From: an uncultured cyanobacterium
Lineage (GTDB): Bacteria > Cyanobacteriota > Cyanobacteriia > CAKZMO01
Direction: 5' to 3'
Length of the DNA: 64,000 nt
NCBI GenBank assembly: GCA_963719515.1
Contig: CAVRCJ010000010.1
Span: forward strand, 768,001 to 832,000
Shown piece by piece: positions 18,074-27,771 of this stretch. Both the position numbers and the translations under genes were made by a program. Position 1 is the stretch's first letter, and each line of letters starts with the position of its first letter. Below the pieces are notes generated by a model. It did not search any database and was not told the DNA's origin. It was given only the letters and a program-made list of their open reading frames with translations.

Positions 18074-18894
18074 CCTATACCTCCAAAGCTGCCAGTAATG
18101 CCAGTGCCGCCAGCCCCAGCGAGCAGGAATGGTGGGTGCAGCGCTGGGTCGACTTGCTCAACGCCTACCGCTTTAAAAAGCGCTTAGAGCGAGGCCGACT
18201 CTACGCTCGCGAAGGCAATATCCTCAGCATGGAGTTTCGGGGCTCGAAGGTGCATGCGGTGGTTCAAGGAACCGCGCCAGAACCCTACGAGTTGACGATC
18301 TCCATTGAGTCGTTTAGTCAAGACGACTGGCGCTACGTGGTCAACTCTATGGCGCAAAAGGCGGTGTATTCGGCCAAGCTGCTGGCGGGCACTATGCCAG
18401 ACGACATCGAGGGGGTTTTCACCAGCAACGGTCTCAGCCTATTTCCTTTTTCCCTATCGGACGTGCGATCGCGCTGCAGCTGCCCCGATCCTAAAAATCC
18501 CTGCAAACACATTGCGGCGGTGTACTACCAGCTCGGAGATAGCTTTCGCGAAGATCCCTTTATTTTGTTCCAGCTGAGGGGACGCACCAAACACGAAATT
18601 TTGCAGGCGCTGCGGGAAAAGCGCAGCGGACCGACGACAGCTCAAGCCAAAACTGCTATCGAGGAGAAAGACGCTAGCCGCCTCGATTTGACCCAATATT
18701 GGGCCTACGGGGAAACCTTAGACCCCTCTTTGGTGGTCATTACGCCAGCGAGCGGGCAAACGGTGCTGGATGTGCTGGGCAAGCTCCCCCTCTCTTCTAA
18801 CGATGCTCAAACGGTGCGTCAGCACCTAGATACGCTCTATCAGGCCGTGTCTCAGACCGCCATGATGGAAGCGCTGGGCGGCGGTAATCGATAG
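18070..18894 (+). CDS. SWIM zinc finger protein
   Basis: RLERGRLYAREG, CSCPD...CKH and DPFILFQLRG. Overlaps the amiC stop (ATGA). Confidence 0.9.
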   Translation: MTYTSKAASNASAASPSEQEWWVQRWVDLLNAYRFKKRLERGRLYAREGNILSMEFRGSKVHAVVQGTAPEPYELTISIESFSQDDWRYVVNSMAQKAVYSAKLLAGTMPDDIEGVFTSNGLSLFPFSLSDVRSRCSCPDPKNPCKHIAAVYYQLGDSFREDPFILFQLRGRTKHEILQALREKRSGPTTAQAKTAIEEKDASRLDLTQYWAYGETLDPSLVVITPASGQTVLDVLGKLPLSSNDAQTVRQHLDTLYQAVSQTAMMEALGGGNR

Positions 18895-18907
18895 CAGCTC
18901 AGGCTTC

Positions 18908-19210
18908 CTACAGCCCCCGCATCGCCATAGTCAGTAGCCCTTGCTGCCCCAGCAAAAGCTCTCGCAGCAGGCTGACAACGCCAGCCCAGATGATGGGGGT
19001 AATGTCGACTCCGCCTATGGGAGAGATAACCTTGCGTAAGGGCACAAGAAACGGCTCTGTGGGCCAAGCTACCAGATTAAAGGGGAGCTTGTTCAAATCC
19101 GCTTCGGGGTACCAGGTCAAGATGGTGCGCAGGATGAAGAGCAGCGTCATTAGGGCGAGCACTACCCCCAACGCTCCAGCGGCAATGGGAAGAAACGAGT
19201 AAGATGACAT
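18908..19210 (-). CDS. YggT/YlmG family membrane protein
   Basis: LTWYP, TEPFL.PLR and GGVDITPI. Confidence 0.9.
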   Translation of the reverse strand: MSSYSFLPIAAGALGVVLALMTLLFILRTILTWYPEADLNKLPFNLVAWPTEPFLVPLRKVISPIGGVDITPIIWAGVVSLLRELLLGQQGLLTMAMRGL

Positions 19211-19433
19211 AACCTATGGTTGGGAAACACAAAGGTTATTTTAGCTAATTCGTGAAGGTCCCGCGATGAGCGTCGAGAGCATTCACCGCCGATCCCAATG
19301 CTCAGCCCAATGAGTAAGGGCACAGAGCTTTCCGCCGGCTTAGGGCGAATGTGGCCTGGGCTTCTCAAGAGACAGCTGAAACGGTACTATGATTAGGATT
19401 CACGTAAACTTTTAATTCTGGAGTTGGAGCCGT

Positions 19434-19553
19434 ATGACCCCGTCTTTGGCAAACTTCCTCTACAGCCTCTTGGCCGGCGCCATTATTCTGGTGATCCCCG
19501 CCACAATCGCGCTGCTCTTCATCAGCCAAAAAGATAAAGTTAAGCGCCAGTAG
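19434..19553 (+). CDS. psbX: Photosystem II protein X
   Basis: Absent from the ORF track (39 aa): [39 protein letters not shown]. Confidence 0.96.
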   Translation: MTPSLANFLYSLLAGAIILVIPATIALLFISQKDKVKRQ

Positions 19554-19779
19554 GTGCTGAGTGCGCCTAATCGTAGGTCAGCAGCATCTTTACAATCGCA
19601 ACCCTATCGGCTTGACTGCTTCAATGTCGACGGCTTTCGATAGACATAATTAGCGTCAGAGGTGCAAATCTTTCCCGCTGGGCTTGGAGTTCTATCTCCA
19701 GACTCGTTACTATAGACGTACGTCATCACGTCGGCACGAGTTAGGTCGGCATAGTCCAAACTGGCAGAATGGAGAAGCC

Positions 19780-20769
19780 ATGATCAATATCGGGGGAGGT
19801 CCCGCGTTTATTCTTGGGGTTGCGATGATTTTGGCTGGGGTAGCGCTGTATGCCATGCGCTCGCTGCGGCCAGAGCTATCGCGAGATCACGATATTTTCT
19901 TTGCTGCGATCGCGCTAACAAGCGGAGCCATTTTGATGTGGCAAGGCTGGCGCCTCGACCCATTTTTGTTTTTGGGCTATCTCTGTGCAGCCGGATCGGC
20001 AGCTTTCTTCGGGGTCGAGAATATTCGACTACGGGGCATTACGACCGAGCAGGCCAAGCGCAATACGCCTATCACTGACAAAGGCCGTGCAGTGAGCCGG
20101 CAGTACGACTACGAGCCTCAAGATTACGACTACGACCAGGACGACTATCGACCTGAGCGAGGGTTGCCGTCTCGGGAAGACCGCGCTGAGCGTCAAATTC
20201 GGGCGACCCGCGATGGTCGTCAGGGCTATGGGGGAGACGAGCGTCGCCGCCTGCGTCGTCGCGATGAGGCTCCCCGCAGCGCTTCCTACGACGATGAGCG
20301 CTACGCCAGCGCTCGATATGCTCCCGACAGCCGAGGGCGCGATCGCTACGACGATGAGCGCTACGCGCCGGTAGACGATGTACCGCCGTCCCGCAAGCGA
20401 CGCCTGCCCCGTACCGGTCGCGGCGCTGAGCGACCGGCAGTCCGAGACGATTGGGACACTCCTGACGCTGCAGCGCGCTCGGGCCAAGGTCCTGTGTTGA
20501 CGTCTCGTCCCCCGGCTCCCTCTCGCGACTTCGACGACATCCCGCCTTTGCCAAAAGTCGATCGCGATGGTTCGGGTCAGGGCCCTTCCAAACGGACCGG
20601 CTTAGAGGGACGGCGGCCTCTAAACGTCAAGCCCGCCCCTACAGGCTACGGCACTCCCTATAGCGACGATCCTCCAGCTTCGTCAGACTACGCCGACTAC
20701 CGCCCCATCGACGATGACCATCCCGCTGATGTCGAAGACGACAACAGCGATTACCAGCAGCCGTACTAA
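19780..20769 (+). CDS. ycf66: Ycf66 family protein
   Basis: RPELSRDHDIFF and QGWRLDP, then a long low-complexity R/D/Y tail. Lies downstream of psbX. Confidence 0.92.
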   Translation: MINIGGGPAFILGVAMILAGVALYAMRSLRPELSRDHDIFFAAIALTSGAILMWQGWRLDPFLFLGYLCAAGSAAFFGVENIRLRGITTEQAKRNTPITDKGRAVSRQYDYEPQDYDYDQDDYRPERGLPSREDRAERQIRATRDGRQGYGGDERRRLRRRDEAPRSASYDDERYASARYAPDSRGRDRYDDERYAPVDDVPPSRKRRLPRTGRGAERPAVRDDWDTPDAAARSGQGPVLTSRPPAPSRDFDDIPPLPKVDRDGSGQGPSKRTGLEGRRPLNVKPAPTGYGTPYSDDPPASSDYADYRPIDDDHPADVEDDNSDYQQPY

Positions 20770-20773
20770 GCCG

Positions 20774-21442
20774 ATGCGGCCCGCTATCCTATTTGATCTA
20801 GATGGTACGCTGACGAACACCGATCCGATTCACTATGCCGTCTGGAAGGATAGTCTTCAGCCCTACGACATCGCCCTCAATCGCTCTTTTTACGAGGCTA
20901 AGTTTAGCGGGCGACTGAACGTAGATATCATTGGGGATATTTTGCCTCAGCTTTCGGCAGAGGAAGGAAGGCAGCTTAGCGACCGCAAAGAGTCCTCGTT
21001 TCGGGATCGGGCGGCAGATGAGCTAGTGCCCTTGGCGGGGTTGCTCGATTTGCTGCACTGGACTGAGGAAAACGGCGTTCGTCGGGGTATTGTCACCAAT
21101 GCGCCAGCAGCCAACGCCAACTTTACAATCGAGGCGCTAGGTCTACGCGCTTGGTTTCCAGAAGTTGTCATTAGCGAGCGGCTCAAAGCGGGCAAGCCCC
21201 ACCCCCTTCCCTACCTCACAGGGCTGGCTCGCCTCGGCGTGACCGCAGCGGAAACCCTTGTCTTTGAAGACTCGGTCTCGGGCGTGCGGTCGGCTGTAGG
21301 CGCGGGCATTTTCACCGTAGGCATTACCTCCACCCATGGATCAGGCGCGCTCAAAGACGCCGGAGCCCAGCAAACTATCTCTGATTTTGCCGACGCTGCA
21401 CTTACCGCGACGCTTGCCAACCTAACCTCCGGTAGGTTATGA
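20774..21442 (+). CDS. HAD-IA family phosphatase
   Basis: FDLDGTL, VTNA, GKPHPLPY and FEDS.SG. Confidence 0.9.
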   Translation: MRPAILFDLDGTLTNTDPIHYAVWKDSLQPYDIALNRSFYEAKFSGRLNVDIIGDILPQLSAEEGRQLSDRKESSFRDRAADELVPLAGLLDLLHWTEENGVRRGIVTNAPAANANFTIEALGLRAWFPEVVISERLKAGKPHPLPYLTGLARLGVTAAETLVFEDSVSGVRSAVGAGIFTVGITSTHGSGALKDAGAQQTISDFADAALTATLANLTSGRL

Positions 21443-21472
21443 CAGAGGCGCGCTGCCTCTGTCTTTTGACGG

Positions 21473-22099
21473 GTGAACAATCGGCAGAGCTATGGCCGAA
21501 TCAGTACAACTTTAGTGATCACCCTGGCTATGACTTTAATGCGTCGAGCAGGAGCTGCTTTGCTCTCCGTAGGAGCCGTTTTGCTAATGGGCGATCGCGT
21601 TCATGCGCAAGAGCGGCAGGGCTGCTTTATGGTCAATCCGTTCAACCAGCTGATTGACCTGACAGAAATTTGTCCCGTACAGACCTCGGACAGCGTCAGT
21701 GAAGCCGTGGGTGAGCCGACCCTGGGCACCGGAGACATCCAGGTCACCCTGCGCTGGAGCTCAACAGACGACTTGGATTTGGCGGTGATTGATCCTAGCG
21801 GTAACGAAGTCAATTTTCTCAACCCCAGCATTCCATCTGGGGGACAGCTGGACGTTGACGCCAACGCAGGCTGCCTTGGAAGCCTAACTCAAACTCCGGT
21901 GGAAAACGTGTTTTGGCCCCCAAGCGAGGCCCCTGCTGGCAACTACAGCATCGCGGTGAGGCTATTCGAGCGCTGCGGCTCTAGCGCAGAGGCAATTCCG
22001 TTTGAGGCCACGCTACTCGTACAGGGGGCATCCGAATCGCTTTCCGGTAGCGTCAGCGATGCGAATCCTATCGCAGAATTCTCTTTCTCGGTTCCTTAG
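21473..22099 (+). CDS. Exported protein with a YfaP/DUF2135-like domain (start uncertain)
   Basis: Signal-like N-terminus; GDIQVTLRW...DLDL.V.DP.G...GGQLDVD...VENVFW. Confidence 0.7.
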   Translation: MNNRQSYGRISTTLVITLAMTLMRRAGAALLSVGAVLLMGDRVHAQERQGCFMVNPFNQLIDLTEICPVQTSDSVSEAVGEPTLGTGDIQVTLRWSSTDDLDLAVIDPSGNEVNFLNPSIPSGGQLDVDANAGCLGSLTQTPVENVFWPPSEAPAGNYSIAVRLFERCGSSAEAIPFEATLLVQGASESLSGSVSDANPIAEFSFSVP

Positions 22100-22259
22100 G
22101 GGAAGGCCAACAGAACAGTGCACTGAATTTATAGGGTCTAGCCGATTGACCCGCTCGAAGAAACATGGCGATCGCTGTCAAATAAGTGGCATCCCGTGTA
22201 TCTTTAGTTTAATGATGTAACTTTGCTAGTAATTTCAAACTGAACTTGGGGATCTGTCC

Positions 22260-23162
22260 ATGCGCCAGGCACAACTTATTTCCATCGCAGCTGTCGCTGT
22301 CCTTGGGCTAGCGGGCTGTGATTCCTTGCGAGGAGGGGGTTCCGGGGGGCAAGACGATGGTGACGATGTCGACGTTACGGTTCAGGTCGAAGGCGACGAG
22401 GTGGCAGAGGGTGAGATAGAAGGTGAGGTGAACCCAGACGGCACGTCAGCCGACGGCGAATCGACCGAAGTTGGCAATCTCTCTAGCGATCCAAATGCCG
22501 AAGGCGATGCGCCGGTCGGGGCCGTTCCCTTAGATCTGATCACTTCTACCAATCCTAATACTCGAGCGCAGCAGGTTCAGCGCGATCGCCCCGATCCCTT
22601 CGGGCTTCTGCCCGCAACGCCGACGGTTGAGATTCCCGTCGCGGCTGCCCCAGCAGAGCGCGCTCGGCCCCAGACTTCTGGTTCTGCCGCTGGTAGCACC
22701 CCAGGGGGAAGTGGCTCAAGCACGCAAGCGCGGGCAGGCTCCGGCGCAAGCGGCAGCTCCAGCAGCGGTTCCAGCAGCGCTACCAGATCCAGCAGCGCGG
22801 CGAGTGGCTCTGGTAGCGCTTCAGATGACTCCGGCAGCGCTTCGGCGGCTCCGGCGATTCCACTCCCGCCCCCGACCACAATAGCCCGAGCCGTCGAGGT
22901 GTCTGGCGTCGTACAGATCGGCTCGGTCCCCTACGCCATTGTGCGAGCGCCCAATGAGCCGACAAGCCGCTACGTTCGGGCAGGGCAAAGTTTGTCGAAC
23001 GGCACGGTGTTGGTCAAGCGAATTGATAGTTCTCCGGGGCTAGAGCCCGTGGTGGTGCTAGAGCAAAACGGGGTTGAGGTTGTCCGCAATATAGACGGCG
23101 GTAGCGTTCCCTCTGACGATACGACCGAGACGGCGAGCACAGCGGACGCCTCGCTCAGCTAA
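22260..23162 (+). CDS. Lipoprotein, possibly PilP-like
   Basis: Lipobox LAGC, RPDPF motif, Ser/Gly linker and a C-terminal beta domain (VSGVVQIG...AIV...RYVRAGQ). The PilP likeness is inferred. Confidence 0.65.
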   Translation: MRQAQLISIAAVAVLGLAGCDSLRGGGSGGQDDGDDVDVTVQVEGDEVAEGEIEGEVNPDGTSADGESTEVGNLSSDPNAEGDAPVGAVPLDLITSTNPNTRAQQVQRDRPDPFGLLPATPTVEIPVAAAPAERARPQTSGSAAGSTPGGSGSSTQARAGSGASGSSSSGSSSATRSSSAASGSGSASDDSGSASAAPAIPLPPPTTIARAVEVSGVVQIGSVPYAIVRAPNEPTSRYVRAGQSLSNGTVLVKRIDSSPGLEPVVVLEQNGVEVVRNIDGGSVPSDDTTETASTADASLS

Positions 23163-23175
23163 ATCGCTGTTTTAG

Positions 23176-23567
23176 CGACTAGACGGGAAGCCCCGCGCTC
23201 TACCCGTCAGGGTGAGCGTCGGGATGAGAGTCGCGCTAGCCGAAGTGCGCCCGCAAAATGATGCACAGCGGATAGTGCGCTCAGCGCTGAGGCTAGCAGT
23301 TGGTATGATAGAGATAGCAAGGTGATACACCCCGCAAAGAGTGTGACGGGCCCGTAGGCGAAAGCTGCAAGTCACCCGTTCCTCAGTTTGCAAATGTATC
23401 TGCGACACATAGTGCGTATCCTCCCTCGCGGAGATGAAAATTCAAAACTCTGCCGTGGGGCATCAGGCGGAGTATAAACCTATCTCAGGATATGTCTCGG
23501 CAATAGCTGGGAGTCACTGAGGAAGCCCGCGCTGTACAGCTTGCTGTCAGCGTCGGGAGGATGTCAC
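23176..23567 (+). mobile_element. Protein-free IS200/IS605 mini-element (PATE-like)
   Basis: The left end TAGACGGGAAGCCCCGCGCTCTACCCGTCAGGGTGAGCGTCGGGATGA and right end GAAGCCCGCGCTGTACAGCTTGCTGTCAGCGTCGGGAGGATGTCAC match the two ends of the tnpB element, with compensatory stem changes. No credible ORF lies inside. Confidence 0.85.
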
Positions 23568-23586
23568 AGGCCCGACAGGATGTCGG
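23316..23586 (+). ncRNA. Putative omega/reRNA-like structured RNA (scaffold plus flanking guide); boundaries approximate
   Basis: Extended -10 TGGTATGAT at 23301-23309, a 9-bp long-range stem TTCCTCAGT/ACTGAGGAA, a GAAA-capped hairpin, and an end at the IS right end. Confidence 0.6.
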
Positions 23587-23652
23587 TGACAAAACTGGGC
23601 AGGGCGTCTTTGACCGCTTCGGACTGCTGCCTGTACCTAAGCTGTAGCGCCC

Positions 23653-24495
23653 GTGCCTGAACTCCCTGAAGTCGAAACCGTTTGCCGTGGACTCAATCGA
23701 GTTACCCTCCAACAGGCTGTTGTTGGGGGAGAGGTTTTGCTACCCCGAAGTATTGCTTATCCGAACGCCGCCGACTTTGTGCCGAGCCTAATGGGCTGCT
23801 GCTTTACCCAGTGGCAGCGGCGCGGAAAGTACTTGTTAGTCGGCCTTATGAAGGATGATGCTTCCGCGGGATGGCTAGGGGCACATTTGCGGATGACAGG
23901 TCAGCTTTTGTGGGTAGACCCTGAGGAAGCCCTGACGTCTCACTGCCGCGTCCGGATACTGTTCGCCTCGGGCCGAGAGCTTCGGTTTGTCGACCAGCGA
24001 ACCTTTGGGCAGATGTGGCGAGTGCCTGCCCAACAGAATCCACAGGAGGTGATCACGGCGCTACAGCGTCTCGGACCAGAACCCCTATCCAGCGAGTTTT
24101 CCCCGAGCTACCTCAAGGCGGCGCTAAAGAGTCGGCGGCGGCCCGTGAAGTCGGCGCTGCTTGACCAAAAACTGATCGCAGGCATCGGCAATATTTATGC
24201 CGACGAGGCGCTGTTTTTGAGCCACATCCGACCAACAACAGGGTGCGATCGCCTCACGTCCAAACAGTTTGCCCAACTGCACCAGCAGATCGTTACCGTG
24301 TTGACCCGCAGCATAGAGGCGGGAGGGACAACTTTCAGCGATTTTCGCGACGTCCACGGCGTCAACGGCAACTATGGTCAAATCGCTTGGGTTTACGGGC
24401 GGGAAGGAGAAAAGTGCCGTCTGTGTAGCGACCCTATTCAACGCCTCAAGCTGGTGGGACGTTCCACCTTTTTTTGCGCTCGCTGTCAGGCGTGA
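23653..24495 (+). CDS. mutM: Formamidopyrimidine-DNA glycosylase
   Basis: MPELPEVETV, RRGKYL, HLRMTG, GIGNIYADE and a C4 zinc finger. Confidence 0.97.
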   Translation: MPELPEVETVCRGLNRVTLQQAVVGGEVLLPRSIAYPNAADFVPSLMGCCFTQWQRRGKYLLVGLMKDDASAGWLGAHLRMTGQLLWVDPEEALTSHCRVRILFASGRELRFVDQRTFGQMWRVPAQQNPQEVITALQRLGPEPLSSEFSPSYLKAALKSRRRPVKSALLDQKLIAGIGNIYADEALFLSHIRPTTGCDRLTSKQFAQLHQQIVTVLTRSIEAGGTTFSDFRDVHGVNGNYGQIAWVYGREGEKCRLCSDPIQRLKLVGRSTFFCARCQA

Positions 24496-24606
24496 TCCTG
24501 CTGACAAGAGTGGTTACCCAGTCCGGGGTAGCTCGCCGCGATCGCGCGCCGTAAAATGTCAGCAGGTCCAACACATTCCCTTTTAACGTTTCTATGAGTA
24601 CCTTCC

Positions 24607-24957
24607 ATGAGTGACACCGGCGACACTATTTTCGGCAAAATCATCCGCCGGGAGATTCCGGCAGACATTGTTTACGAGGATGACCTAGCTCTGGCGTTCA
24701 GGGACATCGCTCCCCAAGCGCCAACCCATATTCTAGTAATTCCTAAAAAGCCGTTGCCCAGCCTGGCCGACGCGACCCCCGAAGACCACGCTTTGATGGG
24801 GCATCTGCTGCTGACGGCTCAGCGCGTTGCCTCGGAGGCCGGCTTGGCCAATGGCTACCGCGTGGTAATCAATACTGCGGCTGACGGGGGGCAAACCGTA
24901 GACCACCTCCATCTTCACGTTTTGGGGGGGCGATCGCTGAGCTGGCCCCCTGGTTGA
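24607..24957 (+). CDS. Histidine triad nucleotide-binding protein
   Basis: [18 protein letters not shown] and HLHLH. Confidence 0.95.
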   Translation: MSDTGDTIFGKIIRREIPADIVYEDDLALAFRDIAPQAPTHILVIPKKPLPSLADATPEDHALMGHLLLTAQRVASEAGLANGYRVVINTAADGGQTVDHLHLHVLGGRSLSWPPG

Positions 24958-24985
24958 TAGGCCAGCAGGCTTTGCTCACCCAGAC

Positions 24986-25468
24986 TTAGATCGGGGAATT
25001 GATCAGGCCTGGATGGTCTTTAGGGCGAGGGCCAGGGGCAGGCCAGTCGAAGCGGCAGTCTTCCGGCTTGATGGGCAGATCGTTGATGCTGGCTTCGCGC
25101 CGCCGCATGAGGCCAGCCTCGTCAAACTCCCAGTTTTCATTGCCGTAGGCCCGGTACCACTGACCCGCATCGTCATGCCACTCGTACTGAAACCGCACGG
25201 CGATGCGGTTTTCGCTAAAGGCCCACATCTCTTTCACCAAGCGGTAGTCCAGCTCTTTGTCCCACTTGCGCCGTAGAAACGCTCTGATGGTCTCTCGGCC
25301 TTGAAAGACCTCGGCTCGGTTGCGCCAGTGGCTGTCTTCGGTGTAGGCCAGGGCAACCCGGTCGGGGTCACGGCTGTTCCAGGCGTCTTCCGCCATGCGG
25401 ACTTTGGCGATCGCAATGTCGCGGTCGAAGGGGGGAACTAATGCTGCCACGGTTTGAGTCTCCTGCAA
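24986..25468 (-). CDS. DUF1348 / SnoaL-like (NTF2 fold) protein
   Basis: [35 protein letters not shown] and RREASIND. Confidence 0.9.
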   Translation of the reverse strand: MQETQTVAALVPPFDRDIAIAKVRMAEDAWNSRDPDRVALAYTEDSHWRNRAEVFQGRETIRAFLRRKWDKELDYRLVKEMWAFSENRIAVRFQYEWHDDAGQWYRAYGNENWEFDEAGLMRRREASINDLPIKPEDCRFDWPAPGPRPKDHPGLINSPI

Positions 25469-25489
25469 CGTTTGGAAAATCGGTTAGAC

Positions 25490-25523
25490 AAAAGGAAAGG
25501 CCGTCAACAGTGCGTCAACAGCC
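25490..25523 (-). terminator. Possible intrinsic terminator after hupE
   Basis: Minus strand GGCTGTTGAC-GCACT-GTTGACGGCC followed by TTTCCTTTT; the stem has several G-U pairs. Confidence 0.45.
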
Positions 25524-25547
25524 CAAACAACCCAGGTTCAAATCTGA

Positions 25548-26204
25548 TTAGCCTAAGACAACGCCGGATAGGAAGGCGGCGCCGATGCCCGCTAGGGCGA
25601 AGCCTGCAAAGCGGAGGCTGAGGGCGTGCTTACCGGAGGTCAAACGGCTAGCTATCTGGTAAGTCCCGAGGGCGATCGCCAGCTGAACCGCCGCGAAGCC
25701 CAGTAGATAGGCCAGCAGGGGCGTCATTTCAGCGCCGACCACGGCTTCTCCATAGGCGTAGCCGTGGAATACCCCGGCAAGGGCGGCCAGTGCCGCGACG
25801 ACGCTTGTTTGAGGCCGATTCTTCAGCGCTAGGATGCCGCCAAACAGCAGCACCGAGGCCGAAATCGTAAGCTCAGGGGCGGGTAAATTCGTTCCTATCA
25901 GATGCAGCCCGGTGCCGGCGAGGGAAGCTAGCACAAATCCAATGGGAATCGCTAGTCCTCTACCCACCGCCGCCGCTAGCAGCCCAGAGGCAACCACAAA
26001 CGCCAGGTGGTCTAGCCCAATGACGGGATGTCCCATCCCCGACAGGAAACCCTCTATCGCGCTAGAGGGCGTCTGACCGCCAAAGGGGTGGTGCGCTAGG
26101 GCGGGGGTGGCAAACAGAAGTCCAGCGGCGGCAACTAGGCCAACGCCGCCAACGCGGGCAGCCATCGGTCCTAGCTTTTGATCAGTCAATCGCAAACGTA
26201 ACAT
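25548..26204 (-). CDS. HupE/UreJ family Ni/Co transporter
   Basis: Signal ALA-HH, SGMGHPVIGLDHL and FHGYAYG. Confidence 0.92.
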   Translation of the reverse strand: MLRLRLTDQKLGPMAARVGGVGLVAAAGLLFATPALAHHPFGGQTPSSAIEGFLSGMGHPVIGLDHLAFVVASGLLAAAVGRGLAIPIGFVLASLAGTGLHLIGTNLPAPELTISASVLLFGGILALKNRPQTSVVAALAALAGVFHGYAYGEAVVGAEMTPLLAYLLGFAAVQLAIALGTYQIASRLTSGKHALSLRFAGFALAGIGAAFLSGVVLG

Positions 26205-26253
26205 GGGCGTCCTCTCAGCAGATGAATGGAAACAGCGATTCGGTCCTTGTGGA

Positions 26254-26694
26254 TTACCACTTCTTATAGGGCAAGAATTTACCACACATAATGATCTTGA
26301 CGCGATCGCCTTTGGGATCTTCCTCTCGCTCCACGTCGACAGAGAAGTCGATGGCGCTCATAATGCCGTCGCCAAATTTCTCGTGGACGACGGCTTTGAT
26401 GGGCATGCCATAGACCTGCATGATTTCGTAGAAGCGGTAGATCAGCGGGTCGGTAGGGATGACGGGGTCCAAGGAGCCCTTCATGGGGCACTCGGTGAGC
26501 GGCTCGATTAGCGAGGCATCCGCGCCGATGGCTTCGACGATTTTGGTGGCTTCTTCCTGTGAGGCACTGGCCTGGCGGTAGACGACGGAGGCAATCCAGA
26601 CTTCGTCGCAGCCCACTTTGGCTTCGAGGTCGGCAAAGGTAACTCCGGCGGCTTTCTTAGCGGCTAGGAGCTTTTCGGTGACGTCTGATGGCAT
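26254..26694 (-). CDS. cynS: Cyanase (cyanate hydratase)
   Basis: [24 protein letters not shown] and GKFLPY. Confidence 0.97.
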   Translation of the reverse strand: MPSDVTEKLLAAKKAAGVTFADLEAKVGCDEVWIASVVYRQASASQEEATKIVEAIGADASLIEPLTECPMKGSLDPVIPTDPLIYRFYEIMQVYGMPIKAVVHEKFGDGIMSAIDFSVDVEREEDPKGDRVKIIMCGKFLPYKKW

Positions 26695-26776
26695 AGGTTT
26701 AATCCTCACTTTTGATGGTCTAGATTCGATAAAACTTGTGTGCAGGAACACGACTGCTGTCGAGTTGAGCGGAGGG

Positions 26777-26825
26777 ATCCCCCACCGCCCCCCTTAATAA
26801 GGGGGGTGCCGGAGGCGGGGGGATT
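26777..26825. repeat. Cyanobacterial intergenic palindrome of the CCCCCTTAATAAGGGGGG type
   Basis: ATCCCCCACCGCCCCCCTTAATAAGGGGGGTGCCGGAGGCGGGGGGAT between cynD and cynS. Confidence 0.6.
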
Positions 26826-26874
26826 ACAAGACGGACAAGGAATAATTCACAGAATCGTATAGGTCCCGCGACGA

Positions 26875-27771
26875 TCACCCCCGCCCAACGCGAGCCGCCT
26901 CCACCGCCCTCGTCTCCCGGAACAGGTGACTCTCCATCTCCGCCCTCAGCCCGTCATAGGCCGGGTGCTGCTTAATGCTCTCGCGATCGCGGGGTCTGGG
27001 GAAAGGCACCTCTAGGATTTCATCCACCCGCGCCGCCGGTCCCCGGGTCATCATCACGATCCGGTCCGACAGCAGCAGGGCCTCGTCGATGCTGTGGGTA
27101 ATCATGATTACGGTTTTGCGCTGCTGTTCCCAGATGCGCTCGATTTCCTCCTGCAGAAATCCCCGGGTCAGGGCGTCCAGCGCCCCAAAGGGCTCATCCA
27201 TCAGCAAGATCTGCGGGTCGATGGCCAGGGCGCGGGCAATGCCCACCCGCTGCCGCATGCCGCCAGATAGCTCGTGGGGGTGCTTGCGCTCGGCCCCTTC
27301 TAGGCCCACCAGCTGGATATTTTCCTTAATCAGCCGCTTCATGCCCTTGCCTGACAGCTTGGGGTGCACCGTCTCCACCGCAAAGCGGATATTTTCCTCT
27401 ACCGTCATCCAGGGCATGAGAGCATAGTTTTGAAACACCATGCCCCGATCAGGGCCAGGGCCGGTGATGGGAGTGCCGTTGAACAGAATTTCGCCGCTGG
27501 TGATGGGCATCAGCCCCGCGACCATGCTCAGCAGCGTCGACTTACCGCAGCCCGAAGGACCAATAATGGTCACAAAGGTGTTGGGCTCGATCTCCATACT
27601 GATGTCTTCGATGGCGGTGAAGTCGCGGCTCGACTTGCCGGAGAGCTTATCTAAAAAGCCACGCTTACCGGTGAAGGTTTTCGTCACGCTGCGGATGGAG
27701 AGCTGAGACGATGGGTTTTGCTCAAAGGCTTGGTCAGTGGAAGTGACGCCATTCATGGATGCTAAATTCAC
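26875..27771 (-). CDS. cynD: Cyanate ABC transporter ATPase (NrtD-like)
   Basis: GPSGCGKS, VFQNYAL, LSGGMRQR and MDEPFGALD. The GTG start overlaps the cynB stop (alternative ATG at 27756). Confidence 0.9.
   Translation of the reverse strand: MNLASMNGVTSTDQAFEQNPSSQLSIRSVTKTFTGKRGFLDKLSGKSSRDFTAIEDISMEIEPNTFVTIIGPSGCGKSTLLSMVAGLMPITSGEILFNGTPITGPGPDRGMVFQNYALMPWMTVEENIRFAVETVHPKLSGKGMKRLIKENIQLVGLEGAERKHPHELSGGMRQRVGIARALAIDPQILLMDEPFGALDALTRGFLQEEIERIWEQQRKTVIMITHSIDEALLLSDRIVMMTRGPAARVDEILEVPFPRPRDRESIKQHPAYDGLRAEMESHLFRETRAVEAARVGRG

Noticed and set aside
23176..23567. Group I intron (IStron) or small CDS (23172-23408) reading of the mini-element
   Set aside because: No recognisable intron core, the element ends in C rather than a terminal G, it is intergenic, and the ORF has no protein-like features.
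26205..26253. Cobalamin riboswitch before hupE/ureJ
   Set aside because: Only 49 bp separate it from cynS, and no B12-box is visible.
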